Below are positions 26,648-40,149 of a stretch of DNA of 64,000 bases, one piece after another. Under the pieces are notes generated by a model. The model ran no database searches and had not been told where the DNA came from. It saw nothing but the letters and a program-made list of their open reading frames with translations. Every line of letters starts with the position of its first letter. The stretch's first letter is position 1. Location: positions 1-64,000 of the forward strand of contig NW_026250412.1 in NCBI RefSeq assembly GCF_024521635.1, in the 5' to 3' direction. The DNA is from Tricharina praecox. Its lineage: Eukaryota. Position numbers and translations under genes: made by a program.

Positions 26648-27978
26648 ACTAGTCGCGGCATCCTGGCGACTATATCAGAGGATCACCCACGGGGGAATCG
26701 ACATGCATACATGGGGGATCCACAGTCACGATGCGGTGTGATTCCCCACAGCGAGACCGTGCACCGGAGGTCCGGAGGAGCGCTTCGGTGTGGTGTGGGA
26801 CTTGCTACCGGCGATGACGCCAGAAGATCGACTACGGATTCAAACTCGCAGCCGACTTGAAGCCCCTTCATCGCATCGCATCTTCCCTGATCCCCCACAA
26901 CTGGCATTCGGAGAACAGTTCATCTGGAAACAGCTGCGCACCGTGGAGATCGTAGTCTCCGTGCGGCCGTGGGAAGCGTTAGGGGAGGGGGCACAGCTAG
27001 CGTCGAGACCGTCATTGGGACACACGGAGGCGCTGGAGGAGGGGGAGGGGGGGGGGGCGGGGGGGCGGGGGGGAGCGGAGAATTAGAGGGACTTCTATTC
27101 TCATATCTGCTGGACGCACTGAATGAATCTTGATGAAACATGTGTGCCGAAGAGAGGGCGGACGGCGAGGAGTCGCGACCAATCTAACCGGGTTTGTTGT
27201 CTGCCATCATAACGAGAGGTGCGCTATGTCAGATGGAGGTGGTGGATAAGATCAGAGCGACAGATAAGATAAGATGAGCTCGCAGGCTAGCCGGATGGGG
27301 TGGTTCCGAATGGTCATTCGTGAAGGACCGACGCAACTCGTCTTTAGTTAGTCTGTAAGCAGCGGGGCAGTCATAACTACCTACATCATGATGGCACTGA
27401 GAAGTTGAATATGTAGAACCTTAATTCGCCATCATCCTTTCTTTTCAGCGTTCCCACTCTACGGCTACGTCACCTCTCATTGTGATTTGCGCACTCACTC
27501 TGCGAGGCGGCTTATCTTATGAGATGTCAAGGGCGAGTGATAGATGATCAAAGGTGCTTGAATGTATTTTTAGATATGCAGAGAACCCGCTAACTACCGC
27601 TATCTAATCCATCCCATCGATTCCTCTCCACTTCCTTCATAGTACCCATTACATGCCCGCTGCCGTTGAACGTCCCCCAGGAAACAAGAATATACAAAAT
27701 TATGTGCAAAAACCATAAGGCCATCTACCCCACCCAAAAAACCCATGCAAAATCCGACAAGACCGACCAACAAAATCGTCGCTCAGCAACGCAGTAGAAT
27801 GTCCGTGAAACAAGAATAAGAAGGAAATAGGTATTAAGTGATCGCTCAGCAGATGAGAAAAAAAACAACAGAATGGGGTTCCCGGGTACAAATGTATTTA
27901 CATAGTAGTAGTTGAACTGTCGTGTTCGCGCCTTCTCGGACTTCAACCGGCTACTGCAAGTAGGGGAGCAGTTCGCCC

Positions 27979-30900
27979 CTACGCGACACTGTCGGCATCG
28001 ATGGCGCTATCGGCGTGCGTAAACGCTTCTAATCGACCAGTCAGTACGGTCTTTCCCCGAGAATCCAACGGAACATGGTAGGTATGCCAACTGACCTGAT
28101 TGTGGATGCCTTCGATTGAAGGTTGCAGTATCTTCGTAAACATCGCCTGGATATTTCAGTTAGCGGTACACTCGTTGGACGGTTAAGTACATACCCGGAG
28201 AAGTTGACGTGTCTGGCGCGGCCAAAGCGGTGGCCTCATCCGCATACTGACGTATCGCTTCGATGAGCGGGCAGGACTCGTCCCCGCAGAGCAGCTTCGC
28301 CAGGATAGCGGCTGTGTTTCTGTTCGCGTTGGAAGACATCGCCTCCCACAGCCTCCTGAACCTCTTCAGTTTCATCAGGACTTTGTAGTGCAGGGAGTTG
28401 AGCTCCTCGTCAGAGATCCCGTAGCCGGCGATGGTGGTGGTGGTGGCCTTCGACGAAGACTGTTTCGGCCAAGCGGTGAACTCCGGTTTGGCGGCGGTCG
28501 TTCCGTGCGCGAGGATCGCGAGGATCAGTGCTCGCGATTCCCATGCGTAGAGCATCTTGGCCACCGTCAATCCGTTTCCGTGCCGGCGGGTGGTGCTGGA
28601 AATTAATGCCGCCAATTCGCGAAACTCCTCGAGGTCTACCAAGATATTGGCACCTAATGCGGTAAGATCTTTCCCGGCCTCACCCTCGTCCTCCTCTCCG
28701 GGTTCCTGGTCGCATCCTTGCGATTCTTCGTCCTGGAGCCCGGAGCAATGTGAGCCCTGCTGTTCTGCGGGAAAGACGGAGGGTTGGGTTCTCCGATCCA
28801 CCTGTGCAGGTACTATGAGTGCCCCACCACCAGCGCTGGAATTGCCCGCGGTGTTGGACGAGTTGTCGATCAGACTTAAAGGAGTGGAAAACTCGTCATT
28901 AAAATCACTGTACAGCAAGTTCAAATCAAAATGCACCCAGTCTTCTAAAACTAATGGCGATGACAAGCGAGAATCAATGAGTGGGTGCTCCATCACCGCG
29001 GGGTCCACATCCTGGGTTGCCGGAGGTGGCCCCGGTTCGAAGGTGTCTGGCGCAGTGGCTGTGGGATTTGGAAGCTGAGGCGGTAATCTGGGTGTGGAGG
29101 AGGTGCTCAGGGCGGTCGCAGCATGATGTGGGACTGCAGGTGTCAAATGCATTGCTCCTGGGTGAGATTGTCGCTCACCGGCCGGAAAGTTGTGGGAGAA
29201 TTGCGGAGCAGTAACAGCCATGGGTGCGAGGCCTTCCCCAGAAGCTGGGCCGTTGTGCTGGAAGGGCGGTTCGGCATAAGACGACGCAGCCGGGTAGGGT
29301 TGCTGAGTGTGCTCGTTGGGTTGGCTGCGACCCGCATCGCCGTTGCCAAAAGTGAAGATTGCAGCGTTGTTTCCAAAAGTCTGTCCTGAGCCAGGTCCAA
29401 TTGCTGTACCAGCGGGCTCAACCGGATGGTCGGGTACCGGTGCTGCCTGGATGGACGGCACGGCAGGATTCGTCGGGCGTCTCGAACCTCCATGCACTCG
29501 TTTGCCTCCGCCCCTCCGGCTTCGTGAGTTCACCCGTCGACTAGTACTCCGACCGTACGGAATGCTGCCGTGCGTTTCCAAATCTTTACCGCCAGTTAGT
29601 AGGGACCTAAAAGATAAACCCCGATGGGAGTCCAGAGAGTACTTACTATCGACGATTTTCGATAGGTTTTCGCAGTCGTAGAGTTTCGTCCCGTTTCGGT
29701 ACAAAATTCCCCTCATTGTTTCTTTATCGGGGCAATTGTTTTTGAATAATAGTACAAGGTCCGTGAGTCGCTGATATCCAAGATTGGAGGCTCCGGAGGC
29801 GTGAAGCATGCTGTAGATTATGGCTTCGTCATAATGGTGTAGTTCCCGCAAGTGCCTCTTGTACGAGCCGTTTCCCAATCGCTGGCCGCAATCGGTAACT
29901 GGACACATGTAGGGCTTCAGGTGAATCCGAGAAATATGTTGCCTGTAGGTTAGATTAGTACTTGAAACTTCTATGACAACACAAAAATCGGCAGGATATT
30001 ACTTCATATCTGCATTGTTTCTAAAAAAGGTGATTTCGGATTGTGGCGGGACAACCCAACGACCGATTTCATCCGTTTGCAGCTTCTCTTCGCATATGGG
30101 GCAGCAATGAATTCTGACCCGATGCTGTCTGATTGAGGCAGGAGATTTTAGAGAATGATCTTCAGCAGGAATTTGAAGGCCTAGCGGACTTACAGAAGCT
30201 CATCCGTAGTCGTGAACAGTGGATCTTCAGGACATAATGAGCAGAGTATCGCATTAGCACTGCCAGCGGAAGGCGCGTCTCCACCAGTTGACGCGTTGTC
30301 CTGGGGTGGCCCCCGTCCCGAATCCGCGCCTCCGTTGTTGGACGACTTGTGCCGCTTCGGCGGCTGTCCACCCGCTCCCGACGCCCTGTAATCACCCTTT
30401 GATCCGCTGCGCCGTGTCTCTCCTCCACGTCCGTGCTGTCGTTCGTGCTGTCGTTCGTGCTGCCCTTCGTATCCGCCGGAATGGGCTTGGGCGCCCACGG
30501 CCGGCTTCGAAAGCAGCAATGTGCTCAGATCGATCACGCGGGCAATTTCTTCGTCGCGCTTGGCTCGGTTGCTTTGCACTCGGTACTTGAGTAACTGCCA
30601 GGGAGTGAGGTCGGTCGAAACCTTTACCCAGCAATCAGCTTTTTGAGACTTCCAAGGCCCAGATCACCGGTATTGCGGGGGATAACTCACAGTGTAGGTT
30701 CCGAAGTTCACCCACACCCGAGTGCGCTCGAATGTATCGCAGTCGGGCAGCCTCTTGAGATCGCGGAGAATCTTGCTGCTTGAGCCCATTTTTGTTGACG
30801 AATCCGATGATTCGCTCCCCGATGAGCTGCGCCAATCGACGGTTCTAAGCTGTTGCTCATGGATTAGTAAATGCCCGGGGTAGGAACTCGTCTCTCCAGA

Positions 30901-31077
30901 TCTTCTACATACACTTTCATGGCCGTATGGATCTTCATCCTCCAGACCCCTACCCCATGATTCCATCGAAGGAGTCTTCCTGAGTTCCTTGTAGGGTGGG
31001 GTGCGAGCTCTGCCAAAGGGGCCCGTCATTCTGGAAACCCCATCGGTATCTCTTTTCTGGCCATCGTCCTTGTCCAT
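27979..31077 (-). CDS. Triple C2H2 zinc-finger protein B with duplicated C-terminal helical domain; introns 30622-30690, 30129-30193, 29943-30002, 28147-28194 and one near 28030-28096
   Basis: Spliced fingers are CSLC...ELLQHRVRIH, CPIC...MKQHISRIH and CPVTDC...YKRHLRELH. All introns are GT-AG and keep the frame open. The 5' end is uncertain. Confidence 0.8.
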
Positions 31078-33195
31078 ATGCGAACATCCGGAGTCACGAT
31101 CGAGTTTGAGAGTGACGGAATACAAGACGCTCTGCGCTGCGAGTAGCCGCCCGTCTCTGATAAGACCGCGTAGCTCGTGGTAATGTAGAATAAACGGAGG
31201 CTGAAGACGCTTGTCGTACGGGCGGAGAACGTGTAGCTTGGAGTTATTCGTCGAGGCGGAAGTGGAACGTATCGAGTTCTATATACACAATTCGAGGAGT
31301 CAGTCAACAATAGTCGCGAGCCGGTGACATGGCTCAGCTGACCAGGCGGCCCGGCGACGGCAACGAAAATTGCACTACCGGAATCATGTTTCGGCTGCCT
31401 GAGATTCAAATAACCTTAGGCAAAGGAATGGATTCTGAAGTTCAAGTATAAACAAAATCGTAGGAACAGAGCTGATATTCAGGCGATGGTGGGCTGAAAG
31501 GTGGGGGTGGGGGGGACTGGATGGTCAGAGCTCGACGGTAGAGGAATGATGGGGAAACCCTCGGAAAAGACCTCTGTCCCTCCCCAGAGGCCCAGGTTAA
31601 ATGAGGGAGTGTGATAGCTTCTGCGCACATTTTTGCGCGTTGCAAAAATTGGTGTTTTCGGCACAGATTCGTGGTCGGCACAGATATGTGCCTAGAACTG
31701 AGCGCCGGAGGGCCGGTGGAACTTATATCGTGCTCGGAAAGCCCAGTGTACAGCCTGGCGTATCTCTCACGTGCCTCCCTCATCCCAGCTGCTAGCTCAG
31801 CCCCAGGTCTGCTGCGGATGTGTTGGAATCTTCACGCAAACACTTCCATCCTTCTACTCTGGGCATAGTTCGGAGGAGATGCGCATTTCTTTTTCGTGGT
31901 TATGTAATGGCTGGGAGCGCGCAGAAGCGCGCAGCTACCTACGTGTGAGCCAGGGTGCTAGTAGAAGCACAATGCAAAGCTATTTTTGGTGGAGAGCCAA
32001 TCCTCTTGATACTCCGTGGCCATTGGTAACAGTCAAGTCTGTGCGGCAATGTGCGATGTCGCAATGCCGTCGTCGAAGATCATCGACGGAAATAAGGTAA
32101 GGCTGAGGCGGCAGAGCGAAGCGGCCTGACAGCTCTCCCGCTACATCGGACCCGCGCCGGTGAGATGCATTTACGCAGCCGCTGTCATCCCGAGCCTGTT
32201 ATGCAGGTATCCGCAACCCCTCTCGGGTTATGTAAACGAGTGCTACCCCCATGGTATTCTGCTCAATCTCTCGCAGGCAGAGAACCAATGTCTTCGCTTT
32301 CCACCATCGTTCAGCCTATAAATCGATGAAAACGAAATAAATCTGGCAAATACCGAAACACGCCTATTTAACACACAAGTTCACAGTTAGTGCCAGCGGA
32401 GGACCCTGCACCTACTGGAGGGGACACACCTTGCTGCCAGCTGCTGTGCCAGTTGAGCCCGTCACGATCGTCGCAACTTGGTACCGTCAATAGACTACTG
32501 CCGCGTACGTATGTGCGTTTGCATTCCCGTGATGTGTCAAGTGATGGCTCCCTCGCTGAAGCTGGCATGATACTCTTCCAACGATCGTTAGTTTCCCATC
32601 TGTTCCGTGGAGTAACACTCCGCCCACCTGTTTAGAGGAAGAGGAATGATTAGAGCCACTGTGTGGAGGAGTTGAAAGTGGCATGCACATACTTTCGCAA
32701 TGCTCGGAGGGGAAGAGGAGGAGTAATAGAGCAGTTTTTTTAATATTAATAATGAGGGGCTTTTTACTGTACAACGTTCCATTCGACATCTCGTGATGCT
32801 TAACCGCGGTTTCGCAGACGGCCTCTTTGTAAACACCTTTCCGAGGCGGCGGATCGAGAAGAGAGCACACACAGAAGAAACAGGAGGTAGAGGTTGATCG
32901 ATTGTGATGTGAAAGATGACCAAGAAAATGGAAGAAGAAGAAGAAGAAACCCCCGCCTCCACAGTTGACCGACCCCGCCATGCCCACCAACGTTGAAGCC
33001 CGCCAATATGGAAGCCCGCCACTGTAGAAGCCTGCTACTAAACACATTTGTTCTCTCCCGCCGACAGCTCCTGCATCACTCCATCACTCCGTCACACTTG
33101 CACTATGCGTAGATATCTACGTCACACGTTATTGAGAAACAATCAGAAAACAAAGCTTCCGCCTCCTCTAAGGATCAGACCCGGCATAGGATATC

Positions 33196-33343
33196 AAGTT
33201 ATACGCGTATAACGTGGTTTACTATCCCCCCACGTTATACGCGGAGGTCTTCTTCCTTTCAGAGCAAAGGTTTTTCCTCCGGCCATTCACGAGAGGCATG
33301 CATGCGCCATTAGCCAAAATGTTAGTGCTCTGGCCGCTGTGCG
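33196..33343 (+). repeat. ~150-bp hairpin-ended dispersed repeat, copy 1
   Basis: Inverted homolog at 41202-41352. Contains the perfect palindrome GTTATACGCGTATAAC and a 14-bp stem CGCGTATAACGTGG/CCACGTTATACGCG. Confidence 0.85.
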
Positions 33344-36300
33344 AGACAACGACATTGACGTGGTGCGCTGGTTGGTTTGCGGATTGTTTGCTGCTGAGGG
33401 TGGTAGTGATGGGTGTACGAAGTAGCAAACGTACATGCTCCGCGAAGAACTACACCTTCTCTGACAGTTGGACCAAGGTTCGGTGACTGGTACGGTGCGG
33501 TCGGGGGTTTGATTGAGTCGGGATAGAACTATCTTCATCCCATCAACCAATGTCCTTCCTCGTCAATCCGACACCATCATCGAACCCTTGTTCCGACTGC
33601 GAAACCATGAAGAATCCGAGTGCACCCCCATGAACCGATCTCACCCTTCAATCATCAAAATCCATCTCGTGCCCATTTCTACCAATCATGCAAGAAGCAG
33701 TAATACTCCGATTTTAGTGCATGTAAGTTTCATCGAAATCTCACGGGAGATTAGGGATTGGATTGGAGAATAGAGTGCGGCTTCTTTTGGTGGTTTCTTT
33801 TGCCGCCTTCATGCTGTCAAGATGCAGGCACCATAGTACATTTTCTGATTTGATACCATCATCACAATGCATCACTGTGGCGGAGAGATGGAGGATCTGT
33901 CGGGAATGGATGAGCTGCCAGTGAGAGGAGGAAGTGAAGGAACACTCCTGTCGGCGAGGGAAATCGAATGTGGTTAGTACAATAGTGCGCATCTACGTTG
34001 GCGGGCATGGCATGGTCTTGTTCTTCCTCTCCTTCTTCTTTCTCGATCATCATCTATCGAATAGACGGCCTACCCCCATCTCCGCTCTCTCCTCTATTTA
34101 CGCCTCCCTCCTCGTCAGGCCCGGAGAGGCATTGGCAAAGAGCCCTCGCAAAACCGTCACCGTCATCATTATCCAACCGCCAGACTCCCGAGTCCCGACT
34201 ACTCAGCTCCTTGGTCCGTCGCGCGTTGAGAAACTACCCCGAGGTCCCACCTCGCACACCAAAAATCCCAGATACACGCACTGGTCCCGAGATTTTGCGG
34301 AAGAACCATGGGTTGCTCCCGCCTGGGCGTTGGGTCGTGCACGTATGAAGCTATGTATAACTGACACTTCCCAGGGTTCATATCGTCAGCCTTTCCGATC
34401 CGTGAGGCTTGCTGGCGCTTTTCACCACCATCGTTTGGGCTTGGAATTACAACTCTCGTCGCAATAGCCGTCGTCGCCGCCACCGACAGCCCTACATATC
34501 TAGTGCACCTTCTCCGGTTTGGCGGACGCTCCTCTGCAAGCCACCGGCTGTCACGACTCTGGCCTGAAAGGAGAGGTCCCCCGGGAGAAGATAAGAACAA
34601 GAAAGACGAAATTGGTGTTTGTACGTACCTATTCTACATACCGGAGAGAAACAGAAGCGCCCTCGCTATTGGTATCGAGCTACTGTACCAGTACGGGAGA
34701 TACCCCATGCTAACTAACTACCCCGCTACTAGTGCACTCGGGAACCAATCTAGCCCAAGAATCCAAGACATATCTGCTCCAATTGCCTCCAGCTATATCG
34801 TCAGAACCACGCCGCCGCCACGTCGGGCTTAGGACAGCTTGGATACATACGGCAAGTTCCTTAGGATACCAGTACGCGTGAATCTTATTCCGTGAGGATC
34901 AAGGTGTACTAGGTATAGTGGTACGGTTACCGCCGCTTTGAAAGATCCTTAAAAATCTTATCATGCATAGGTACTCTTTTCGAGTGTGTATCCCGGGGTC
35001 TACATATGAGTAGGTACTGCAGTTGCTCGGTTCAATACGGTACTAACTATACGCTGGCCTTCGAGAAACGGGAGTCTATCATAGCTACATATTCGGTGAA
35101 GATGGCAGGATCGTCTTTGCCGTCGATTTCCGTGCCAGCCGGGGCGAATCGGCAGGCGCACATCGAATCCACTCAGGCCGTTACCGCTCACATCTGCAGT
35201 CACCGTCCCCGATTCCGGAAATCCCGCCGATTCTAGTACGGAAACCTCGATGCCACTGCGCGGATATCTCTTTCATTTAGGATATGTACATACCTCCCGG
35301 CATCGAACACGAAGGCTTGGTTCCATCGAGGAGCTACACGGGGCATAAGCAGAGCCAGTATTCTCCCCCCGTGGGCCGGATATGCACACAGGCACCGCAG
35401 CAAATGGCTCTGCCGGCTCCTTGTCTGGCTCCGAACACTGCAGGTGCTGCGCTGGAACCTGTTGACAGATATGGAAGGTGGGCGATGTTGGCATCGACAA
35501 CGATAACAACTACAAGTCTACGACTCGCGCCAGCGTCCGCCACTCTGTATCCGGAAGTAATTGGTGGGTAAATACCGGCAGCAATGGGTTGGCAGCAGTG
35601 GCTATGAACTAGCACCGATGGCTGGTCACATCGCTTAACTGCCGCCGCGCCGCGTGTTCGCCAACAAACAGACCGGTCTGCGGCAGCCAACGCTAGAGAG
35701 CGATTGTCAGTTGCGGACCAGATTCCCCGCTCGGTTACGGAGGCTACATGGGGCGCTATCATGGAACTCTGAAAATCCGCACGGCTGGTGTGCACATACT
35801 CCCATGATCCTCCATGAAGAAAAAAAGAAAGACACTCGAAGCCATCTTCAACAGAAGCAATTCTGTGTGTGCAATGTGCATCAGACGGACCCCCCCCCCC
35901 CCCCCCCCGCCCCCCCGCCCCCCCCCCCCCCCCCTGCGCATCTTTTAAACCGCTTCCGCCATGTACATATGTATGTACTCTATGTACTCGGGTGTAAGGG
36001 TAAGTGGTGCGCCCCATTAAGCACCATGTGGTAGTGGTGGTGGTGCACGACTTTTTCTCACACCCGAATACAGGCCCTTCGAATGCCCCCGAACACTTAC
36101 CGTACCGTGCATATTTACAATACACCTCCGCATCGTCGATGGGCGACGCCATTTCTTGGTATGTATGCATACTCGACGCATATGCGGAAGATTCTCACCA
36201 TGGCTTAATGCTGTGTCGAACCGATTGGATGAGCGAGTGCAACCGCCAGCGCACTGGCTCTCGGCCATGCAGGAGCACGAGCAACGCCTACTGCGTTTAG

Positions 36301-37686
36301 AGTACCATCCGGGAAGGGCAATACGATTCGCTGCTACTCTACTCTATACCGGTTTTCGAAGTGGAGGAACTGCGGCGGACAGGAGTCTTCGCTTCGGCCA
36401 GAGTGGAGAGTTGGAGCGGTTCAAGAACACAACCAAGCCCAATGGGCTACTTACGTGCGGCTGGCATACCATTAGTTAGCCGGCAACCCAGCATGCGGGC
36501 TCGCAGGAGACGCCATCCCGACAGACATCCATCATGGAGAATCCGGATTCCTCCATCGTCCTGCCTGCCTGCAGGTTACCGGAAGTCCGCGCTGTGGGTC
36601 TCCCCCATGTACGCCGTGCGTCTCTGCTGCGTCTCTCCGCTTTTTGACATGCACCACATGCATCCGACTTCTGTGTTGGAACTTGGAACTTGGAGGTGGC
36701 TTTTAGACAGGGGGAGGAGTGGCCGACGATCTCACAGTGCATCACCGATTTCGCTCACAGGGTGAGAGACGCACGCAAGTACTCACTCGCTCCCGGTTGC
36801 CTTGTGCGCCCCACTCGTCCGGCGTCGCTGTTGGGTCGTGCTTGCACCGCGCTCGCCGCTCGCTAATTGCCGGCAATGGGCTGAAGCTGATTACGTACTT
36901 GTACGGTTGTGGTGGTTAGGGTTTTGAGTTCGAAGGCTGGCATAGGTATACCGGTACTACATACATATTCCTCTTCGTACGAAGGTAGGCACCTGGAGAG
37001 GCCCGATTTCATTCGGAGCCGAGATGGATGCACAATCGTGCTGGGCACATGGACGTGATACATAGGCACTGCAACTTTCAGTGCATGAAGCATTCTCCGA
37101 ACCAGTCGTCTTCCGTCCAGGATTGCCGTCCGAGCATGGTTACATCGGCAAGTTCCACAGTCTCCAGAGTCCAGCGTCGCGGTACCGGATGCTCACCACT
37201 AGGACATATCTGCACTTTCATCGGGTCCCCTTTCATCTCGTCCCTCCTCGGAGCTTCCACGTGTATCTGTATTACCAGCGAGCCAACCATGGAAACGGCG
37301 CTATGTATGTATGAATGGATTCTTGTGTGTAGCTGGATGGTTAGGATTCAGCTGTCCACGTAGAACCGATACCGGTAACTACTACTTGGGTAAGTACTCT
37401 ATGTACTTGCATAGTTACACTCAGCAGTAGCGCCACCATCACAATACACCCCCAGTCCACTCTACTACTCTTGTTATCCTTCCATCCACCCAGAAACGCC
37501 GCTCCCGACACCACTACTACGATCCCCTCGTCCTCCCCCCGTCCTCCCCGCAGTCTACGGCCGGTCCCTCAGCGACCGGGCGAGGGATAAATAGGTAGCA
37601 TCCCTCGCCGTTTCTGGGTGCGGACGGCCCCACAAAGCTTGTTCGACTCCAACAACACTCCAAAAAAAACATCGAAAATCTTCACG

Positions 37687-39033
37687 ATGGCTACCGTGAA
37701 CGCCCCAAGTGCCAACATCGAGGTCGACCCGAAAGTGGTGAGTAGCCGGACACATCGCAGTGGACATTCGAGTGAAATCCGGGAGCTGATACCGTTGCGC
37801 AGTACGAGAATGACGACTCCGACTATGGCTCCGCCGGCTACGACACTAGCTCGACATCCCTCTCGTCCTCCGTGCACGAATACATCTTCGAGAACGGTAG
37901 CTCTTCCCATTGTCACATCCTCCCCCCTCCTCGCTGACACCGTCTTTCCTTTTTCCACTTAGGCCGTCGCTACCATGCCTACTTCGGAGAAGACAAGAAC
38001 CTGCTGCCCACTGACGAGAAGGAGCAGGACCGGATGGACCTGCACAACGAGATCCTGCTGCGACTGTTCGACGGGAAACTGCACAAGTCGCCGTTGAAAG
38101 ACCCACAGCGCATCCTCGATGTTGGCACAGGAACCGGAATCTGGGCGATCGATATGGCCGATCGGTATCCCATGGCGGAGGTTATCGGAATCGACCTGAG
38201 GCATGTCTAAAATCGAAGTCGGAGTCGGAAACATGTATGGGAACCGTACTGACGTGCTCTCCCTTCCCTTTCCGCCATACAGTCCGATCCAACCAAGTTG
38301 GGTACCCCCGAACTGCAAGTTCACCATGGACGATGCCGAGAAACCCTGGACATACGCCGATAACACCTTCGATTTTATCCATTTCCGAAATGTCGCCCAG
38401 GCTATCTCCAACTGGCCGGCCGTGATGGCGGAAGCGTACCGCTGCCTTAAGCCCGGCGGATATATCGAGATGGCGGACACGAACGGTACCCCCCGCACCG
38501 GAAAATCACTTTACGCATGATTAACTAACGTCTATTCTCACAGTCGACATCTTGTGTGACGACGGCACCATGAAGCCCGATAATCCCGCCAAAGTGTACT
38601 GCGACATCCTCAACACCGCGCTGGACAAGATTGGCAAACCCACGACGCGAGAGGGCGACATCGACAAGCTGCTCACCAACGCCGGCCTCGAGGGCCTACA
38701 CACCTTTGCCGTGCGGCATCCATGGGGTCCGTGGGCGAAGGACAAGCGGCTGAAGGAGGTCGGCGTCATGATGCTGCTGCAGGGGCAGACCGCTTTCCCT
38801 TCATACGGATTGGCGGCACTGACGAGAATCTTGGGTTACGACGTCGCGAAGGCCCAGAAGATTTGTAACGACGGATACCAGGCGACGAGGAATAAGAATA
38901 CCCACATGTATTCCGTTCAGTAAGGCTTCCTTCCTGTCCTCCCACTGAGTTTTTTTTCTCTTTCTTTCGAGGCGAAAGCTAACGACAACCTTGCAGCTAC
39001 GTTGGATACGCGCAGAAGCCGCTGAAGAACTGA
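37687..39033 (+). CDS. LaeA-like SAM-dependent methyltransferase; join(37687..37737,37803..37896,37963..38200,38283..38485,38544..38919,38997..39033)
   Basis: [78 protein letters not shown] and PWGPWAKDKRLKEVG are family hallmarks. The spliced frame is open. Confidence 0.95.
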
Positions 39034-40149
39034 TGAGCGGGCGCTGATGGAGATGAAGGATCGGAAGTGACTACTCGCGTGGGTTTGTGTTTGGGCTGGG
39101 CTGCGGTACATTCATCGAAGCCTTTTTCTTTCCTTATTCTTTATTCTTTTTTATGTTCTTCTTCTGTAATAGGTAATGAAGACACGGACTTTGTATTGAC
39201 TGAATTGGCCGATTGGCCCAGAGAGCGTATTGGCCCACATCCCCCGCCCCCGCACCACCGCTACTGCTGCAGTGCAACTGCAGTGCCATCGCCCAATCGA
39301 AATCCGCATAGGGGATATAGTACCAAATCCTCCAAGCGGCGATTAGCTAGCGGCGAGTAAGTAAAGACTGGGGGCCGGCAGAAGATAGCACCGTACGTAT
39401 CTCCTCAAATCCCCCGGCTGGGGATATGTACCAACGATATGTATGCACACGGCCAACCACCCACCCACCTATTATAGTATCCAGACGCACGCTCAGTTCC
39501 GGCCCCCACCCTCCCACACACACTCGACATGCATGCACGCACGCACGAGTCCCGGATGATGGATCATGGATCCTGCACCTCAGTCTTCAGCGAGCGGCTC
39601 GCGGCAAGCGGTAGTACATACGCACTCTGGAATCTGGATGGATGCGTCTCCGCCGCTACCAGTATGTACGGTACAAAAATATATATTCTGCGGCGGCGGC
39701 GGTGCGTCCGTAGACCGTATGCCATCGCAGCCGAGACCCCCCGCTCGCGTGCCCTCCCAAGTCCGGGAGTCCCCAGTGATCTCGCGACTACCTAGTTCCG
39801 TATCCCGATGGCCACGCCCGTTAACGGGTACTGCGAGGCCGATCTCGGGGGCGAGGGAGAGGGCGATCGAGAGCGGAGGGCTGTTGTCTCGGCTGTGCGG
39901 CCGGATATGTGCGCGGTGCGCGTCGTCTCGGAAGACTGGGGCCGGTGAGGTATCGTGGGGCCGATGCGCACTGAGGTGTGGTGGGGTCCGCGAGGAGGAG
40001 GAGGAGGGGGAGTGGGTGGAAGCGGTCGGGGATGAGGGGGGGGGAGGGGGGAGGGGGGGCGGCGAGTGATCGATGCGTGCAGATCGCACGTGCACACGAG
40101 CGGGCGGGCGGGTATCACGAGTGCCGCTCGTTGAAGTATCCTCGTAGAT

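Noticed and set aside
27170-27520. Inverted repeat from GATAAG and GAGAGGTG motifs between the zinc-finger genes
   Set aside because: The motif order is inconsistent with a single fold-back, and the matches are too short.
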